DNA of 64,000 nucleotides from Mustelus asterias (GCF_964213995.1 NW_027590122.1:372001-436000), one strand, 5' to 3'. Numbered from the stretch's first letter, positions 11,973 to 24,866 are shown. The notes: a model not told the origin generated them from the sequence alone. Program-made: numbers and translations.

Positions 11973-12412
11973 ATGGTGCATTCTCGGTTGTCAGAGCTCT
12001 CATTAAAAGACCTAATTTCCAGTCAGTGACTGAGTTGTCTCTGATGGGATGGAGAATCAGAGTGGGGGTAATGTGCTTCATGGACAGCGATGGGTGGGAG
12101 TGAGTATAAAATAAACCCAGACTACACCAGGTAATTGGGAGAACATTAAAACAATCTCAAAAAAATCATCGCACCATGTTGGAAAACAGAATATTTTGGC
12201 TCAATCTTTGATCAATTTTGTTTGATTCAATATTTTGTGTGGCTTTTTGGATTGCTGGTTATTTTCTAACGGCAGCTCAGCATCATCATTTTGACCATAA
12301 ACTCGGCCCCGGTGACTGCTGCATTTTTCCAGCACTTTCTGTTTTAATTTTAAGTGGAACCTTAATATCTGCTTCGTACACAGGCCAATTTATCTTTCTA
12401 GGGGTGAGTGTG

Positions 12413-13219
12413 TGTTGTGCCTGCTGCACAGCCTGTTTCAACCCTTATATGATGGACAAAGAACTGCGAGTAGACGTCTTGTTAGTACAACCAACATTTA
12501 TTTAAAACACACAATCAATAATCACCCACCCAACCAACAATAAGTTATCTTACAGAAAATAGTAAAGTTCAAATCCAATCCAAGACCTTGACTTAACTTT
12601 GCGTGACTGGCAAGGACCCAAGCAGATATTGGCCTTTATCTGTGCGCTGGCCTCGGTCGCCCTCTGCATAGTCTGGTCCTTTGGTCTGGTCTGGTACTCT
12701 GACTCTGGTCTTCCCTCCTTCTCGGGTGTGGTGGCTCTCCTCGTGCTGGTCGTTGCTGGCGATGGTCACCACTGTTGTAGCTCGTTCGTGGAGTCAGAGA
12801 GAGAGAGAGATTCTTGGTTACGCAGCACCCTTTATACCCCATTGGGTTTCGTGCCCCTTTTGGCCATTGCCAATCAATCGATCAGGACTTGATCACCCTG
12901 ATCGATAAAGTCCAATCGGGTGCTGCCACACCAATCTCTGGGTGTATCCCCAACGGCCACGTCTGTAGGTGCTGGGGGCATGTAGAAAACACGCCTCCCT
13001 CCCAATAAGGGGTTACGGCACCCCTATGTCTGATAAACGACCCAGCTTGACCAGAAAGTCTCTATTGTCCTCGAGATGACCCATATCCTGTGTATTAACT
13101 CGTCTGGGTTGCAGCCCGTTTATCTCTGTCTTTTAGGCTGCAGCCTGTCGTTTTAGTTCTTGTCCAATTGTCCCAGAATGCTTTACAAATCATCATTTCA
13201 GGTGGCCGATTTGGCTACA
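12413..13219 (-). mobile_element. Solo LTR (807 bp)
   Basis: TG...CA ends (tgttg/ctaca), 5-bp TSD gtgtg, minus-strand TATAAA (~12833) and AATAAA (~12500) in U3-R-U5 order. Confidence 0.8.
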
Positions 13220-13669
13220 GTGTGTCTGAGAAGTATGCAACTGGAAAACATTTTCCATTCACCTCCTGCATTGCTGCAGTAAATAGATATTGTTCTCACT
13301 CTGCCAGCAGGGCTGTGGGATTAACTGGATAGATCTTAAAGACAGCCCGACTGGGCAGGATTAGCCAAATGGTTTCCATCTGTGATGTATCATTCCATAA
13401 AACAGAATATTCAGCATCAGGAGAAAGAAAGTGAAAGAAACCAGTCTCTGTGGGATTTACCCAACCAGTGTGAGCACCTTCAGGACAGAAGAGAGAGAGA
13501 GGGAAACCAATGGGAAAAGTTTTAAAAACTCGGGCTATTCCCACAGGAGAGCACTGGTTTAAATCAATTTTAGAAATAGAGAATGGCAGCGCACAAATTC
13601 CGAGGAATGCATTTTTAAAAATTAATTGATCTGAATTGCACAAGATAATTTTCTATTATCGTCTGTGAC

Positions 13670-13830
13670 AATGACGCCGTTAATTCCCAGGTGCCCCTGC
13701 GGTTGTGAACGTGCCCCAGTCATTCCACAGGAGCCTATTGCGCAGGCGCAGTGCTGTATCTGGAGCATGCGCAGTGTCACTTTGCTCGGAGTCCTGTGAA
13801 TGTGGGAGACGCTTTTTTCAGTGGGTGAGT
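13670..13830 (+). promoter_or_regulatory. Promoter/first exon of ZNF gene B
   Basis: CpG-rich; tandem NRF1-like tgcgcaggcgca and gcatgcgca; donor gtgagt at ~13825; inverted paralogue at 37570-37720. Confidence 0.65.
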
Positions 13831-14333
13831 CGGTGGGGCTGCGGGAGTAATGGAGTCGGGGGAGGAAGGGAGCTGTGGCTTCCAAACACCCGCTCTCGGC
13901 CGCACGGCCCGAATAGACCCTGCAGGTCCAGACATCTCTTCTCTCAGAGGATTTCTCTTCCACAGGGACCAGTGGAGGCTGAGGATCATTGAATATATTC
14001 CAGTTAGACAGATCTTTGACTGACAAGGGTGTCAAGAGTTATGGGGAACAGACAAGAAGATGGAGCAAAAGCTAAGATGTGAGGGGATTTCTTCACTCAA
14101 GATGTGGTAAAACTTTGGGATTCTCAACCACTGAGGACAGTGAAGCCTCAGTCATCAACTATTTTCAAGAGAGAGATTGGTTTCTAGATATTGAAGATAT
14201 CAAGGGATATGGCTTTAGTGTGGGGAGAATGATGCTGAGGTAGATGAATGAATTATCTAATTGAATAATTTAAAAGGCTCGATGGGCCAAATGGCCGACT
14301 GCAGCTCCTATTTGTTATGGTCTCTGTGTCCAG

Positions 14334-14399
14334 GACAGGAAGCAGTGAGCATGGATCTGTCAATCAGCCTCAATCAGCACCTTCAGGAGAATTGGGAGG
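14334..14399 (+). other. Predicted 66-nt upstream exon of ZNF gene B
   Basis: ccag acceptor, gtgaat donor, next acceptor ttttacag ending at 14567; paralogues at ~30698-30763(-) and 35527-35592(+). Confidence 0.55.
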
Positions 14400-14902
14400 G
14401 TGAATATTAGATACAGCAGAGTGAGAATGGAGGGAGAGTGTGTGGGATGGAGATTCACAGCTTTTTGGGACTGAAATAGGAAAGAATGTTCCATAGGAAC
14501 GAGAATTGTCTGTTCTGAATTTCTATCCTGTACTGACAGTGATGACTTTTGTAAACCCATTTTACAGGATATTGAAAGAGGAATCACAGGCCGAAATCTC
14601 AAACGTCACGTCTAGATCTGACAGAGTCATATTCCTTGAGAGCTGAATATCATCGGACTTTGAATCCAGAAGCAGAAATGATTTGAAAAGATTTCAAACA
14701 TCAGTATGACTGGAAAAGTACCAACACACTGCCACACTCGAGTGAGAGTCTTCCAGCGCACGGACTAAAGAGTTTCAACCAGTTACACAGCCTGAATAAA
14801 TATCACATCATTCACAGCAGGGAGAGACTGTACTCGTGTTGTGAGTGTGTTCGAGGCTTCAACTGATTGTCCACCCAAGAGAGCGGCAAGGACACCCGCA
14901 CC

Positions 14903-15577
14903 ATGGAGAAACCATGGAAATGTGGGGACTGTGGGAAGAGATACAGTTACCCATCAGAGCTGGAAGCTCATCGACGCAGCCACACTGGGGAGAGACCATT
15001 CATCTGCTCTCAGTGTGGGGAGGGATTCACTCAGTCATCCAGCCTGCAGAGACACCAGCAAGTTCACACTGGGGAGAGACCGTTCACGTGTTCTCAGTGT
15101 GGGGAGGGATTCAGTCATTTATTCACCCTGCGGAGGCACCAGCGAGTTCACACTGGGGAGAGGCCCTTCAGCTGCTCTCAGTGTGGGAAGGGATTCGCTT
15201 GTTCATCCAACCTGCGGGCACACAAGCGGGATCACACTGGGGAGAGGCCATTCACCTGCTCTCAGTGTGGGAAGGGATTCACTCAGTCATCCAGCCTGCA
15301 GTCACACCAGCGAGTTCACACTGGGAAGAGGCCGTTCACCTGCTCTCAGTATGGGGAGGGATTCACTTGGTTATCCCACCTGCAGAGACACCAGCGAGTT
15401 CAGACTGGGGAGAGACCATTCACCTGCTCTCAATGTGGGAAGGGATTCACTCAGTTATCCAGCCTGCAGACACACCAGCGAGTTCACACTGGGGAGAAAT
15501 CATTCACCTGCTCTCAGTGTGGGAAGGGATTCAGAGTTTCAGCCCAACTGTTGAGACACCATCAAGTTCACGAGTGA
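14903..15577 (+). CDS. C2H2 zinc-finger protein B (8 fingers, 6th degenerate)
   Basis: gcaccATGg Kozak context, MEKPWKC, TGERPF linkers, stop after HQVHE. Confidence 0.85.
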   Translation: MEKPWKCGDCGKRYSYPSELEAHRRSHTGERPFICSQCGEGFTQSSSLQRHQQVHTGERPFTCSQCGEGFSHLFTLRRHQRVHTGERPFSCSQCGKGFACSSNLRAHKRDHTGERPFTCSQCGKGFTQSSSLQSHQRVHTGKRPFTCSQYGEGFTWLSHLQRHQRVQTGERPFTCSQCGKGFTQLSSLQTHQRVHTGEKSFTCSQCGKGFRVSAQLLRHHQVHE

Positions 15578-15829
15578 TTCCAGGGGTTAGATTCTGCTGT
15601 CATTGTTTCTGCTCTCAATTACATCCAGGACTGCATTTTGTTCATTCTCACAGTTGGTCAATGGGGAGGGTCGGAGGGTTTCTTTCTGCTGGACTGGTCG
15701 GTCTCATGACTTTGCCTCCAGTGGGCTGCGACTTGTTGCGAATACCTGGTTTCAAATTTCACAAGGATCACAGAGTGACAGGATGTTAGGAGGTTCAGAG
15801 ATATTTAGTCAGCATTTCTGTTTGAAACC

Positions 15830-16062
15830 CCCCAAATGTCCATCCAATTTCCTTTGTAATTGTTTATTGTCTCCACTTCCTCCACCCTCGTCGGCAGCAA
15901 GTTCCAGGTCATTACCATTCACAGCATCAAAATATTCTTCCTCACATCCCCCCCTGCATCTCTGACTCAAAAGTTTAAATCTGTGACCCCTCATCCTTGT
16001 CCCATCAGCTAATGGGAACAGCTTTTCTTTGTCCACCTGATCTAAACCTGTCAGAATCTTGT
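15830..16062 (-). mobile_element. Old CR1 3' fragment
   Basis: KILTGLDQVDKEKLFPL...RGHRFK; shared with the paralogous block at 33300-33600. Confidence 0.7.
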
Positions 16063-16366
16063 CAGGAATGTGTAGCTGGAAACCTCTCCCTAACAGCACT
16101 GTGGGTGTACTTACATCTCAAGCATTGCAGCAGTTCAAGAAGGCAGTGTTGGGGTTGACCATGGCCGAGGCAGCTACAGACAGCCACATATCCTGTTATA
16201 ATTAAAGGACAGCAGATTGAATGTGAAGCATTATGTGACTGGACCATCTTAACCACATTCCTGTGACTGCTCAGATTCTGCTATCAGGGACCATTAAAGC
16301 TGCTTAGCAGGGCACCAACAGAGGAGCTGGTGAGAATATTTACTCAGAATGACTTAGAATTAAACT

Positions 16367-16691
16367 GGGGTGGCACGGTGGCACAGTGGTTAGCACTGCT
16401 GCCTCACAGCGCCAAGGACCCGGGTTCGATTCCTGGCTGGCTTGGGTCACTGTCTGTGTGGAGTTTGCACATATTCCCCGTGTCCCAGTTTCCTCCAGGT
16501 GCCCCGGTTTCCTCCCAAAGTCCAAAGATATGCAGGTTAGGTGAATTGGCCAAGCTAAATTGCCCCTTAGTGTCAGGGGGACTAGCTAGGGTAAATACAT
16601 CGGGGATAGGGCCTGGGTGTGATTGTGATCGGTACAGACTCGATGGGCCAAATGGCCTCCTTCTGCACTGTAGGATTCTATGAATCTATGA
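16367..16691 (+). mobile_element. HE1/V-SINE-type SINE
   Basis: A/B boxes, V-domain, tctatga tail; absent from the paralogous site at ~32810. Confidence 0.9.
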
Positions 16692-17021
16692 ATAACCAGC
16701 TGGTATTCAGCGGCTGAGATATCCAAATCTGTAAAAAGGGGGTCTGATCAATCAACAAACGGTGGTAAGTAGATTAAGAAGCGTTCTCAGGCATTGCTTA
16801 AATTATTTTATCATAGATTTGTGATAAGAACTGTGAAGGTCTTGTGACCCGGTAGTCGGTGAAGTGACAGTACACCAAGTAGCACTGGACTGAAAAGTGG
16901 ACCTCTAAGAGTGGATTCTAATGCTTATAGTCCAACCCAAGCATGGCCAGTGACAAATCAGAGCTCGAGTGAGCACCAGACAAATTTCTTACCTGTCTTT
17001 TGGAAACTAAGAACAAGAAAC

Positions 17022-17180
17022 CTATCGATAAAATGATAGAGCCAACATTTTGAGTCTGGGTGACACTTCATAGGAGCTCTCATGAAGGATAATCCAGACT
17101 TGAAACGTTGGCTCTATTCTCCCCCTACAGATGCTGTCAGATCTGCTGGGATTTTCCAGCACTTCCTGTTTTTGTTTTAC
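17022..17180. mobile_element. Inverted-repeat derivative of a second Penelope pLTR family
   Basis: agagccaacattttgagtctgg...ccagacttgaaacgttggctct arms; related to 36015-36152 and 50285-50323. Confidence 0.55.
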
Positions 17181-17857
17181 TTTTATAATCAATGATTTGG
17201 TCTGATTGGAATCCCCACGACCCTCCCGCAAAACAGAGAGAGTGGTGGCAAAAGGAGAAAAAGGAAATGGATGATAGAGTCTGTGTTCTGATTGTCTGAG
17301 CCCATGTAGAATTAACAAAATGAGTGAACCAGTTTGTAAAGAATAGAAATTACCCATCCCTCACAAAAACTGATCAAATTAAAATAGGTTGAGGAATATA
17401 ACAAAAACATTAATAGATGAAGTTTAAAATCAAGTTTCTTTTGTTGTTAGAGAGGGGATTTTTCACAGTAACTTCATTGCAGTGTCAATGTAAGCTTACT
17501 TGAGGCTAATTATAAACTTTAAGTTTTTTAAAGTTATTTTGTTAGAAGAGTTCAGAATACCTTGAGATTAAAAACTAATAAAGGCTATTGAAACAGGGTG
17601 GGCTGACTTAGACTAACGTAGAATAAGGACTACAACGTGCCTTATTTATATTATACAAAGGTACTGTCTGCATAGAGACACATATAACCACTGGTAGAGA
17701 ATTTAAATATGTATTTCAGATTTAAATATGTACTTTTTGTACAAAAATGTATACCTTGGCCAAACTGCAGACTGCCCTAAAGCATAATGGGATAAAAGCT
17801 GAGTGAGACAGGCCACATTCTGTCAGAACAGTGAAGCCACAGAGCACAGTTTGTATC

Positions 17858-20800
17858 ATAGAACCATAGAACCATAGAAAATTACAGCTCAGAAACAGGC
17901 CTTTTGGCCCTTCTTGTCTGTGCCGAACCATTTTATGCCTAGTCCCACTGACCTGCACTTGGACCATATCCCTCCACACCCCTCTCATCCATGAACCCGT
18001 CCAAGTTTTTCTTAAATGTTAAAAGTGACCCCGCATTTACCACTTTATCCGGCAGCTCATTCCACACTCCCACCACTCTCTGCGTGAAGAAGCACCCCCC
18101 CCCAATATTCCCTTTAAACTTTTCTCCTTTCACCCTTAACCCATGCCCATGCCCTCTGGTTTTTTTCTCCCCTAGCCTCAGCGGAAAAAGCCTGCTTGAA
18201 TTCACTCTATCTATACCCATCAAAATCTTATACACCTCTATCAAATCTCCCCTCAATCTTCTACTCTCCAGGGAATAAAGTCCCAACCTATTCAATCTCT
18301 CTCTGTAACTCAGCTTCTCAAGTCCCGGCAACATCCTTGTGAACCTTCTCTGCACTCTTTCAATCTTATTTACATCCTTCCTGTAACTAGGTGACCAAAA
18401 CTGTACACAATACTCCAAATTCGGCCTCACCAATGCCTTATATAACCTTACCATAACACTCCAACTTTTATACTCGATACTCCGATTTATAAAGGCCAAT
18501 GTACCAAAGGCACTCTTTACGACCCTATCCACCTGTGACGTCACTTTTAGGGAATTCTGTACCTGTATTCCCAGATCCCTCTGTTCAACTGCACTCTTCA
18601 GAGTCCTACCATTTACCGAGTACGTTCTTCTTTGGTTTGTCCTTCCAAAGTGCAATATCTCACACTTGTCTGCGTTAAATTCCATTTGCCATTTTTCAGC
18701 CCATTTTTCTAGTTGGTCCAAATCCCTCTGCAAGCTTTGAAAACCTTCCTCACTGTCCACTACACCTCCAATCTTTGTATCATCAGCAAACTTGCTGATC
18801 CAATTTACCACATTATCATCCAGATCATTGATATAGATGACAAACAACAATGGACCCAACACCGATCCCTGCGGCACACCACTAGTCACAGGCCTCCACT
18901 CAGAGAAGCAATCCTCCACAACCACTCTCTGGCTTCTTCCATTGAGCCAGTGTCTTATCCAATTTACTACCTCCCCATGTATACCTAGCGACTGAACCTT
19001 CCTAACTAACCTCCCATGAGGGACCTTGTCAAAGGCCTTGCTGAAATCCAGGTAGACAACATCCACCGCCTTCCCTTCATCCACTTTCCTGGTAACCTCC
19101 TCGAAAAACTCTAATAGATTGGTCAAACATGACCTACCACGCACAAAGCCATGTTGACTCTCCCTAATAGGTCCCTGTCTATCCAAATATTTGTAGATCC
19201 TATCCCTTATCACACCTTCCAATAACTTGCCCACCACCGACGTCAAACTTACTGGCCGATAATTTCCCGGATTTCTTTTGGAACCTTTTTTAAACAACGG
19301 AACAACATGAGCCACCCTCCAATCATCCGGCACCTTCCCCGTGAATACTGACATTTTAAATATGTCTGCCAGGGTCCCTGCAAGTTCAACACTAGCTTCC
19401 CTCAAGGTCCGTGGGAATACCCTGTCCGGTCCTGGGGATTTATCCACTCTGATTTGCCTCAAGACAGCGAGCACCTCCTCCCCTTTAATCTGTAAAGGTT
19501 CCATGGCCTCCCTACCAGTTTGCCCTATTTCCGTAGACTCCATGCCCGTTTCCTCAGTAAATACGGATGCAAAAAAACCATTTAGTATCTCCCCCATCTC
19601 TTTTGGTTCCATACACAGTGTACCACTCTGGTCTTCAAGAGGACCAATTTAATCCCTCACTATCCTTTTGCTCCTAACATACCTATAGAAGCTCTTTGGA
19701 TTTTCCTTCACTCTGTCTGCCAAAGCAACCTCATGTCTTCTTTTAGCCCTCCTGATATCCCTCTTAAGTAGCTTCTTGCACTTTTTAGACTCCTCGAGCA
19801 TCTGATGTGTTCCTTGCTGCCTGTACATTTCATACAACTCTCTCTTCCTCTTAATCAGTGTTACAATCTCCCTCGAGAACCAAGGTTCCTTATTCCGATT
19901 TACTTTGCCTTTAATCCTGACAGGAACATACAAACTCTGCACTCTCAAAATTTCTCCTTTGAAGGCCTCCCACTTTCCATTTACATCCTTACCAGAGAAC
20001 AGCCTGTGCCAATCCACACTTCCCAGATCCCTTCTCATTTCATCAAATTTGGCCTTTTTCCAGTTCAGAACTTCAACCCGAGGACCAGATCTATCCTTAG
20101 CCACGATCAGGTTGAAACTAATGGCATTATGATCACTGGATCCAAAGTGTTCCCTCACACTCACATCCATCACCTGCCCTAACTCATTTCCCAATAGGAG
20201 ATCCAATATCGCATCCTCTCTAGATGGCACCTCTATATACTGATGTAGAAAATTCTCCTGAACACATTTTACAAACTCTACCCCGTCTAAACCTTTAACA
20301 GTATGCGAGTCCCAATCTATATGTGGAAAATTAAAATCCCCTACGATCACAACTTTGTGTTTCTTGCAGTTGTCAGCTATCTCTCCGCTGATTTGCTCCT
20401 CCAATTCTCGCTGACTATTGGGTGGTCTATAATACAAGCCCATTAATGTGGTCATACCTTTCCTGTTTCTCAGCTCCACCCATAGGGCCTCTGTAGACAA
20501 GCTCCCTAATCTATCCTGTCTGAGTACCGCTGTAACATTTCCCCTGACCAACAATGCCACCCCCCCCCCCCCCACCTTTTATCCCTCTGCCTCTATCCCG
20601 CCTGAAACATTGGAACCCTGGAACATTGAGCTGCCAGTCCTGCCCCTCCTGTAGCCAAGTTTCACTAATGGCTATAATGTCATATTTCCATGTGTCTATC
20701 CACGCCTTCAGCTCATCTGCCTTCCCCACAATACTCCTGGCATTGAAATAGACACACCTCAAAAAATTATTTCCACCACACTCTACCCTTCCATTTGTGA

Positions 20801-22340
20801 TTTTGCTTGAACTAACCTGTCTTTTTACCCCTGCTCCACTATCTGCTCTGGCACTCTGGTTCCCATCCCCCTGCAAATCTAGTTTAAACGCTCCCCAATA
20901 ACACTAGCAAATCTCCCTGCAAGTATATTGGTCCCCTTGTAGTTTAGGTGTAACCCGTCTCTCTTGTACAGGTCCCACCTACCCCAGAAGAGGTCCCAAT
21001 GATCCAAGAATTGGAAACCCTGCCCCCTGCACCAGTTCCTCAGCCACGTGTTTATCCGCCCAAGCATCCTACTCCTGCCCTCACTGGCATGTGGCTCAGG
21101 TAGCAATCCTGAGATTACTACCCTCGGGGTCCTGCTTTTTAACTTCCTTCCAAGCTCTTTGTACTCACTCTTTAGGACTTCCTCACTCTTCCTTCCCACG
21201 TCATTGGTACTGACATGTACCAGGACATCTGGCTGATCACCTTCCCTCTTTAGAACGCTGTGCACGCGATCAGAGACATCGCTGACCTTGGCACCTGGGA
21301 GGCAACAAACCATGCGGGAGTCTCTGTCCCGACCACAGAACCTCCGGTCTGTACCTCTGACCATCGAGTCCCCTATCACTACTGCTCTCCTCTTCTTCAT
21401 CCCACCCTTTTGCGCTGTAGCACCAGACTCAGTATCAGAGTTCCGGCTGTCGCAGCTTGTCCCAGGTAAAGCATCTGCCACAACAGTATCCAATTCAGTA
21501 TACCTGTTGTGGAGGGGTATGTCCACAGGGGAACCCTGCTCTGCCTGTCCTTTCACACTGCCATTTCCTCTCCTTACAGTAACCCAATTTCCTGTGCTCT
21601 GCTGTTTAGGTGTAACTATCTCCCTATATCTACTGTCTATATACGTCTCATTCTCTCGAATTAGATGGAGGTCATCAAGCTCCTGCTCCAGTTCCCTAAC
21701 ACGCTTTGCTAGCAGCTGCAGCTGACTACATCTTTTGCAGGTGCTGTCGTCAGGGATACCGGAGGTCTCCCTGATCTCCCACATCCTGCAAGAGGAGCAT
21801 TCCAACATCTTGCCTGGCATATTTTTTTTACTCTGGGGAAATACAGGAACAAACTTTCTGAAAAAGAAAAAATAACCTCCTCTCGCCTCTGCCTGTTCTC
21901 GCCAAAGCCCGTTTTGAGCCAAAGCCCTTCAGCTCTCACTCTGTCCCCTGCTCACTCCACTGCCCGCTAACGACGCTGCCCGCTCAAAGGTGCGGCCTAC
22001 TTTTAAACCCTCCAAAACCTTCCCAGGCTGCTGCTGGGCCTATTTCCTGTTTTGAAAAAAACCTCCGATTTTTTTCACAAATTTAACTGAAAAATAAATA
22101 AATAAATTAGTGCACAAACAAGCTCCCTTACCCTCAGCCTGCTCCTGTGGAACAATGAGGCTGAAACCTCCAAGGTAAGCACTTTTAAACCCTCCAAAAC
22201 CTTTCCAGGCTGCTGCTGGGCCTATTTCCTGTTTTGAAAAAAACCTCCGATTTTTTTCACAAATTTAACTGAAAAATAAATAAATAAATTAGTGCACAAA
22301 CAAGCTCCCTTACCCTCAGCCTGCTCCTGTGGAAGAATGA
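17858..22340 (-). mobile_element. Near full-length CR1 LINE: 5' UTR with 182-bp tandem monomers, ORF1 (zinc finger + SGNH esterase), ORF2 (APE endonuclease + RT)
   Basis: ORF1 20879-21922 (CSSC..CKRC, VIGDSMVR, DGLH). ORF2 YFNARS, AISETWL, GDFNFP, SDHN, FADDTK; frameshift in the poly-G at ~20565 and one stop at 19649. (catagaac)n tail. Confidence 0.95.
20879..21922 (-). CDS. CR1 ORF1p (zinc finger/coiled coil/SGNH esterase), intact
   Basis: Uninterrupted ORF with GDS and DGLH esterase motifs; likely start at the MPGKMLEC methionine. Confidence 0.85.
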   Translation of the reverse strand: MAQNGLWREQAEARGGYFFFFRKFVPVFPQSKKNMPGKMLECSSCRMWEIRETSGIPDDSTCKRCSQLQLLAKRVRELEQELDDLHLIRENETYIDSRYREIVTPKQQSTGNWVTVRRGNGSVKGQAEQGSPVDIPLHNRYTELDTVVADALPGTSCDSRNSDTESGATAQKGGMKKRRAVVIGDSMVRGTDRRFCGRDRDSRMVCCLPGAKVSDVSDRVHSVLKREGDQPDVLVHVSTNDVGRKSEEVLKSEYKELGRKLKSRTPRVVISGLLPEPHASEGRSRMLGRINTWLRNWCRGQGFQFLDHWDLFWGRWDLYKRDGLHLNYKGTNILAGRFASVIGERLN

Positions 22341-23289
22341 GTTCAGTATGAGTTATAAAAGTAAACGCTTCCCAGAAACTAGAATGAATAGAATTATTCA
22401 TTTTTTACTGATAAGGGATGGCTCAGCAGACAGTGGAAAGGAACGTTTGAACCCTATAACCTATGTAATAGAAGTTGCTGAGAGTCAGTTAGAAAGCAAC
22501 CTTTGAACCCTATAGACCGACGTAAGTGAAAGTTGCAAAGTAACAGTGGGCATGAACTGTCAGATTCGACAGACCAATGAATTCCCATTCTGCCAGAAGA
22601 TAGGATGTTATTGGCCAAGGTAAATATTGTGCATGAACATGATTGGAGCATCCAGTTGGGATGACAGAGTGGGTGGGTGAAATGAACTTTCAAAATAGTA
22701 TAACTACACGGCCAATGTATTGTAACTTTAGAAAGGAGTTGGACTCCCAGCTGCCTTTCTCCCAGTGCGTGTTGGTCAATAAATAATGTCTTTAACCAGT
22801 ATACTGTCTTTTGCAAATCTTTGTATTAACTGGGTTCAGCTCAATACTGAGCCTCTGAGAAAAACCCCCATCATATGTGAAGTGATGTAATTGTGGGCCA
22901 AGTTTTTTCTGCTCACTCCCGACCCCTTTAGGTTCTGTAGAAAAGTTAACCCTTTCAGCAGACAGTTCATTTGTTTTTAAATCACCTGGAAACTCATGTG
23001 TCTATTTTAGTTTTTGATTGAGGATTTATGGGAACCAGTGAAACGTGGAAATTTTAAGCATGGCCTGGAGGAATTTGGAAGAACTGTGAGGATTTTATCA
23101 TGTTGTCACCTCAACCCCAGATAAAGAACAAACATTTTGCAGGTGGTAACGTGTTGAGGATTTTAAATCAACAAAGACGAGATGTTGCCTATAAATCAGG
23201 CTTTGGAAGTTAGCTTAAAAAAGATTAACTTATAATGAAGAGGAATGAAGGATCTTGTATCTTATTTTAATCAAGGACTTGTGAGCTTA

Positions 23290-24265
23290 GACCATAAGAC
23301 CATAAGACATAGGAGCAGAATTAAGCCACTCGGCCCATCGAGTCTTCTCCGCTATTCAATCATGGCTGATATTTTTCTCATCCCCATTCTCCTGCCTTTT
23401 TCCCATAACCCATGATCCCCTTATTAATCAAGAACCTATCTATCTCGGTCTTAAAGACACTCAATGACCTGGCCTCCACAGCCTTCTGCGGCAAAGAGTT
23501 CCACAGATTCACCACTCTCTGGCTGAAGAAATTCCACCTCATCTCTGTTTTAAAGGATCATCCATTTAGCCTGAGGTTGTGCCCTCTGGTTCTAGTTTTT
23601 CCTACCAGTGGAAACATCCTCTCCACGTCCACTCTATCCAGGCCTCGCAGTATCCTGTAAGTTTTAATAAGGTACCCCCACATCCTTCTAAACTCCAATG
23701 AGTACAGGCCCAGAGCCCTCAAACGTTCCTCATACGACCAGCTCTTCATTCCAGGGATCATTCTTGTGAATCTTCTCCGGACCCTTTCTAAGACCAGAAT
23801 ATCCTTCCTTAGATGTGCGGCCCAAAACTGCTCCAAATACTCCAAATGTGTCTGACCAGAGCCTTATACTGTCTCAGGAGTACATCCCTGCTGTTGTATT
23901 CTCGCCCTCTTGACATGAATGATAACATTGCATTTGCCTTCCTAACTGCCAACTAAACCTGCACATCAGCCTTAAGAGAATCTTGAATAATGACTCCCAA
24001 GTCCCTTTGTGCTTCTGATGTCCAAAGCATTTCACCATTTAGAAAATAGTCTACGCCTCCATTCCTCCTACCCAAGTGCATATTCTCACACTTTTCCACA
24101 TTGTATTCCATCCGCCACTTTGCCCACTCTCCGAGCCCATCAAAGTCCTTCTGCAGCCCCCCTGCTCCCTCAATACTAACTGTCCCTCTACATATCTTTG
24201 TATCATCTGCAAACTTAGCAACAGTGCCTTCAGTTCCTTCCTCCAAATCATTAATGTATATTGTG
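23290..24265 (-). mobile_element. 5'-truncated CR1 LINE
   Basis: YINDLEEG, KFADDTK, LERVRRRFTRMIP; (accataag)n tail. Confidence 0.9.
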
Positions 24266-24866
24266 AAACTTTTGTGGTGCTCTGTCACTTTAAGAAGCTA
24301 TAGCTGCGAGAGAGAATGCTGAGGATTCATTTGAAATTTACGAGCTGTGAGAATCTGTGTGTTTCATTTGTTTTATGTGGATGTTTGCAGATGTGTTTTA
24401 TCATTGTTTTGGGCTACATTTGTTAAGGTTTATCTTTCTGGGGAATTAACCTTATCTTGAGTCTTTAATTAAAGGCATTTCTGGAAGTTTAGAAACAGAA
24501 CCACAAGAACGCTTAAGGAATTAATTTCAGTTATTGTTGTAAAGCACATGCTATGTTTCTCTGTTTGTGTGTGGATGATATTTGTGGGTTGAATGCTTCA
24601 AGCTTTCAGGTTTTCTGTCTGTGATTTAAATCAAACAGATTTAAATAAAGGACGTGGAATTAATAAAGCTTTTTTTCACAAAAGTTGTGAACCTAGAGCC
24701 ACATTCACTGGCCAGAGACATGATTCCAGGATACTTTGCTAAACTTGTGGGAATTTTAATCCGGATTCAAACTCACACATGTGAGTATGAGATAGTTTTA
24801 ATTGTAATGGTTATTTAAAATTTGGGACATGTGAAATAATTCTGACCATTCCTGTGTTCATTGAAT

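Noticed and set aside
14707-14712. Programmed readthrough at the shared TGA-CTG in the fossil fingers
   Set aside because: Copy C has TAA, and all copies carry additional stops or frameshifts nearby
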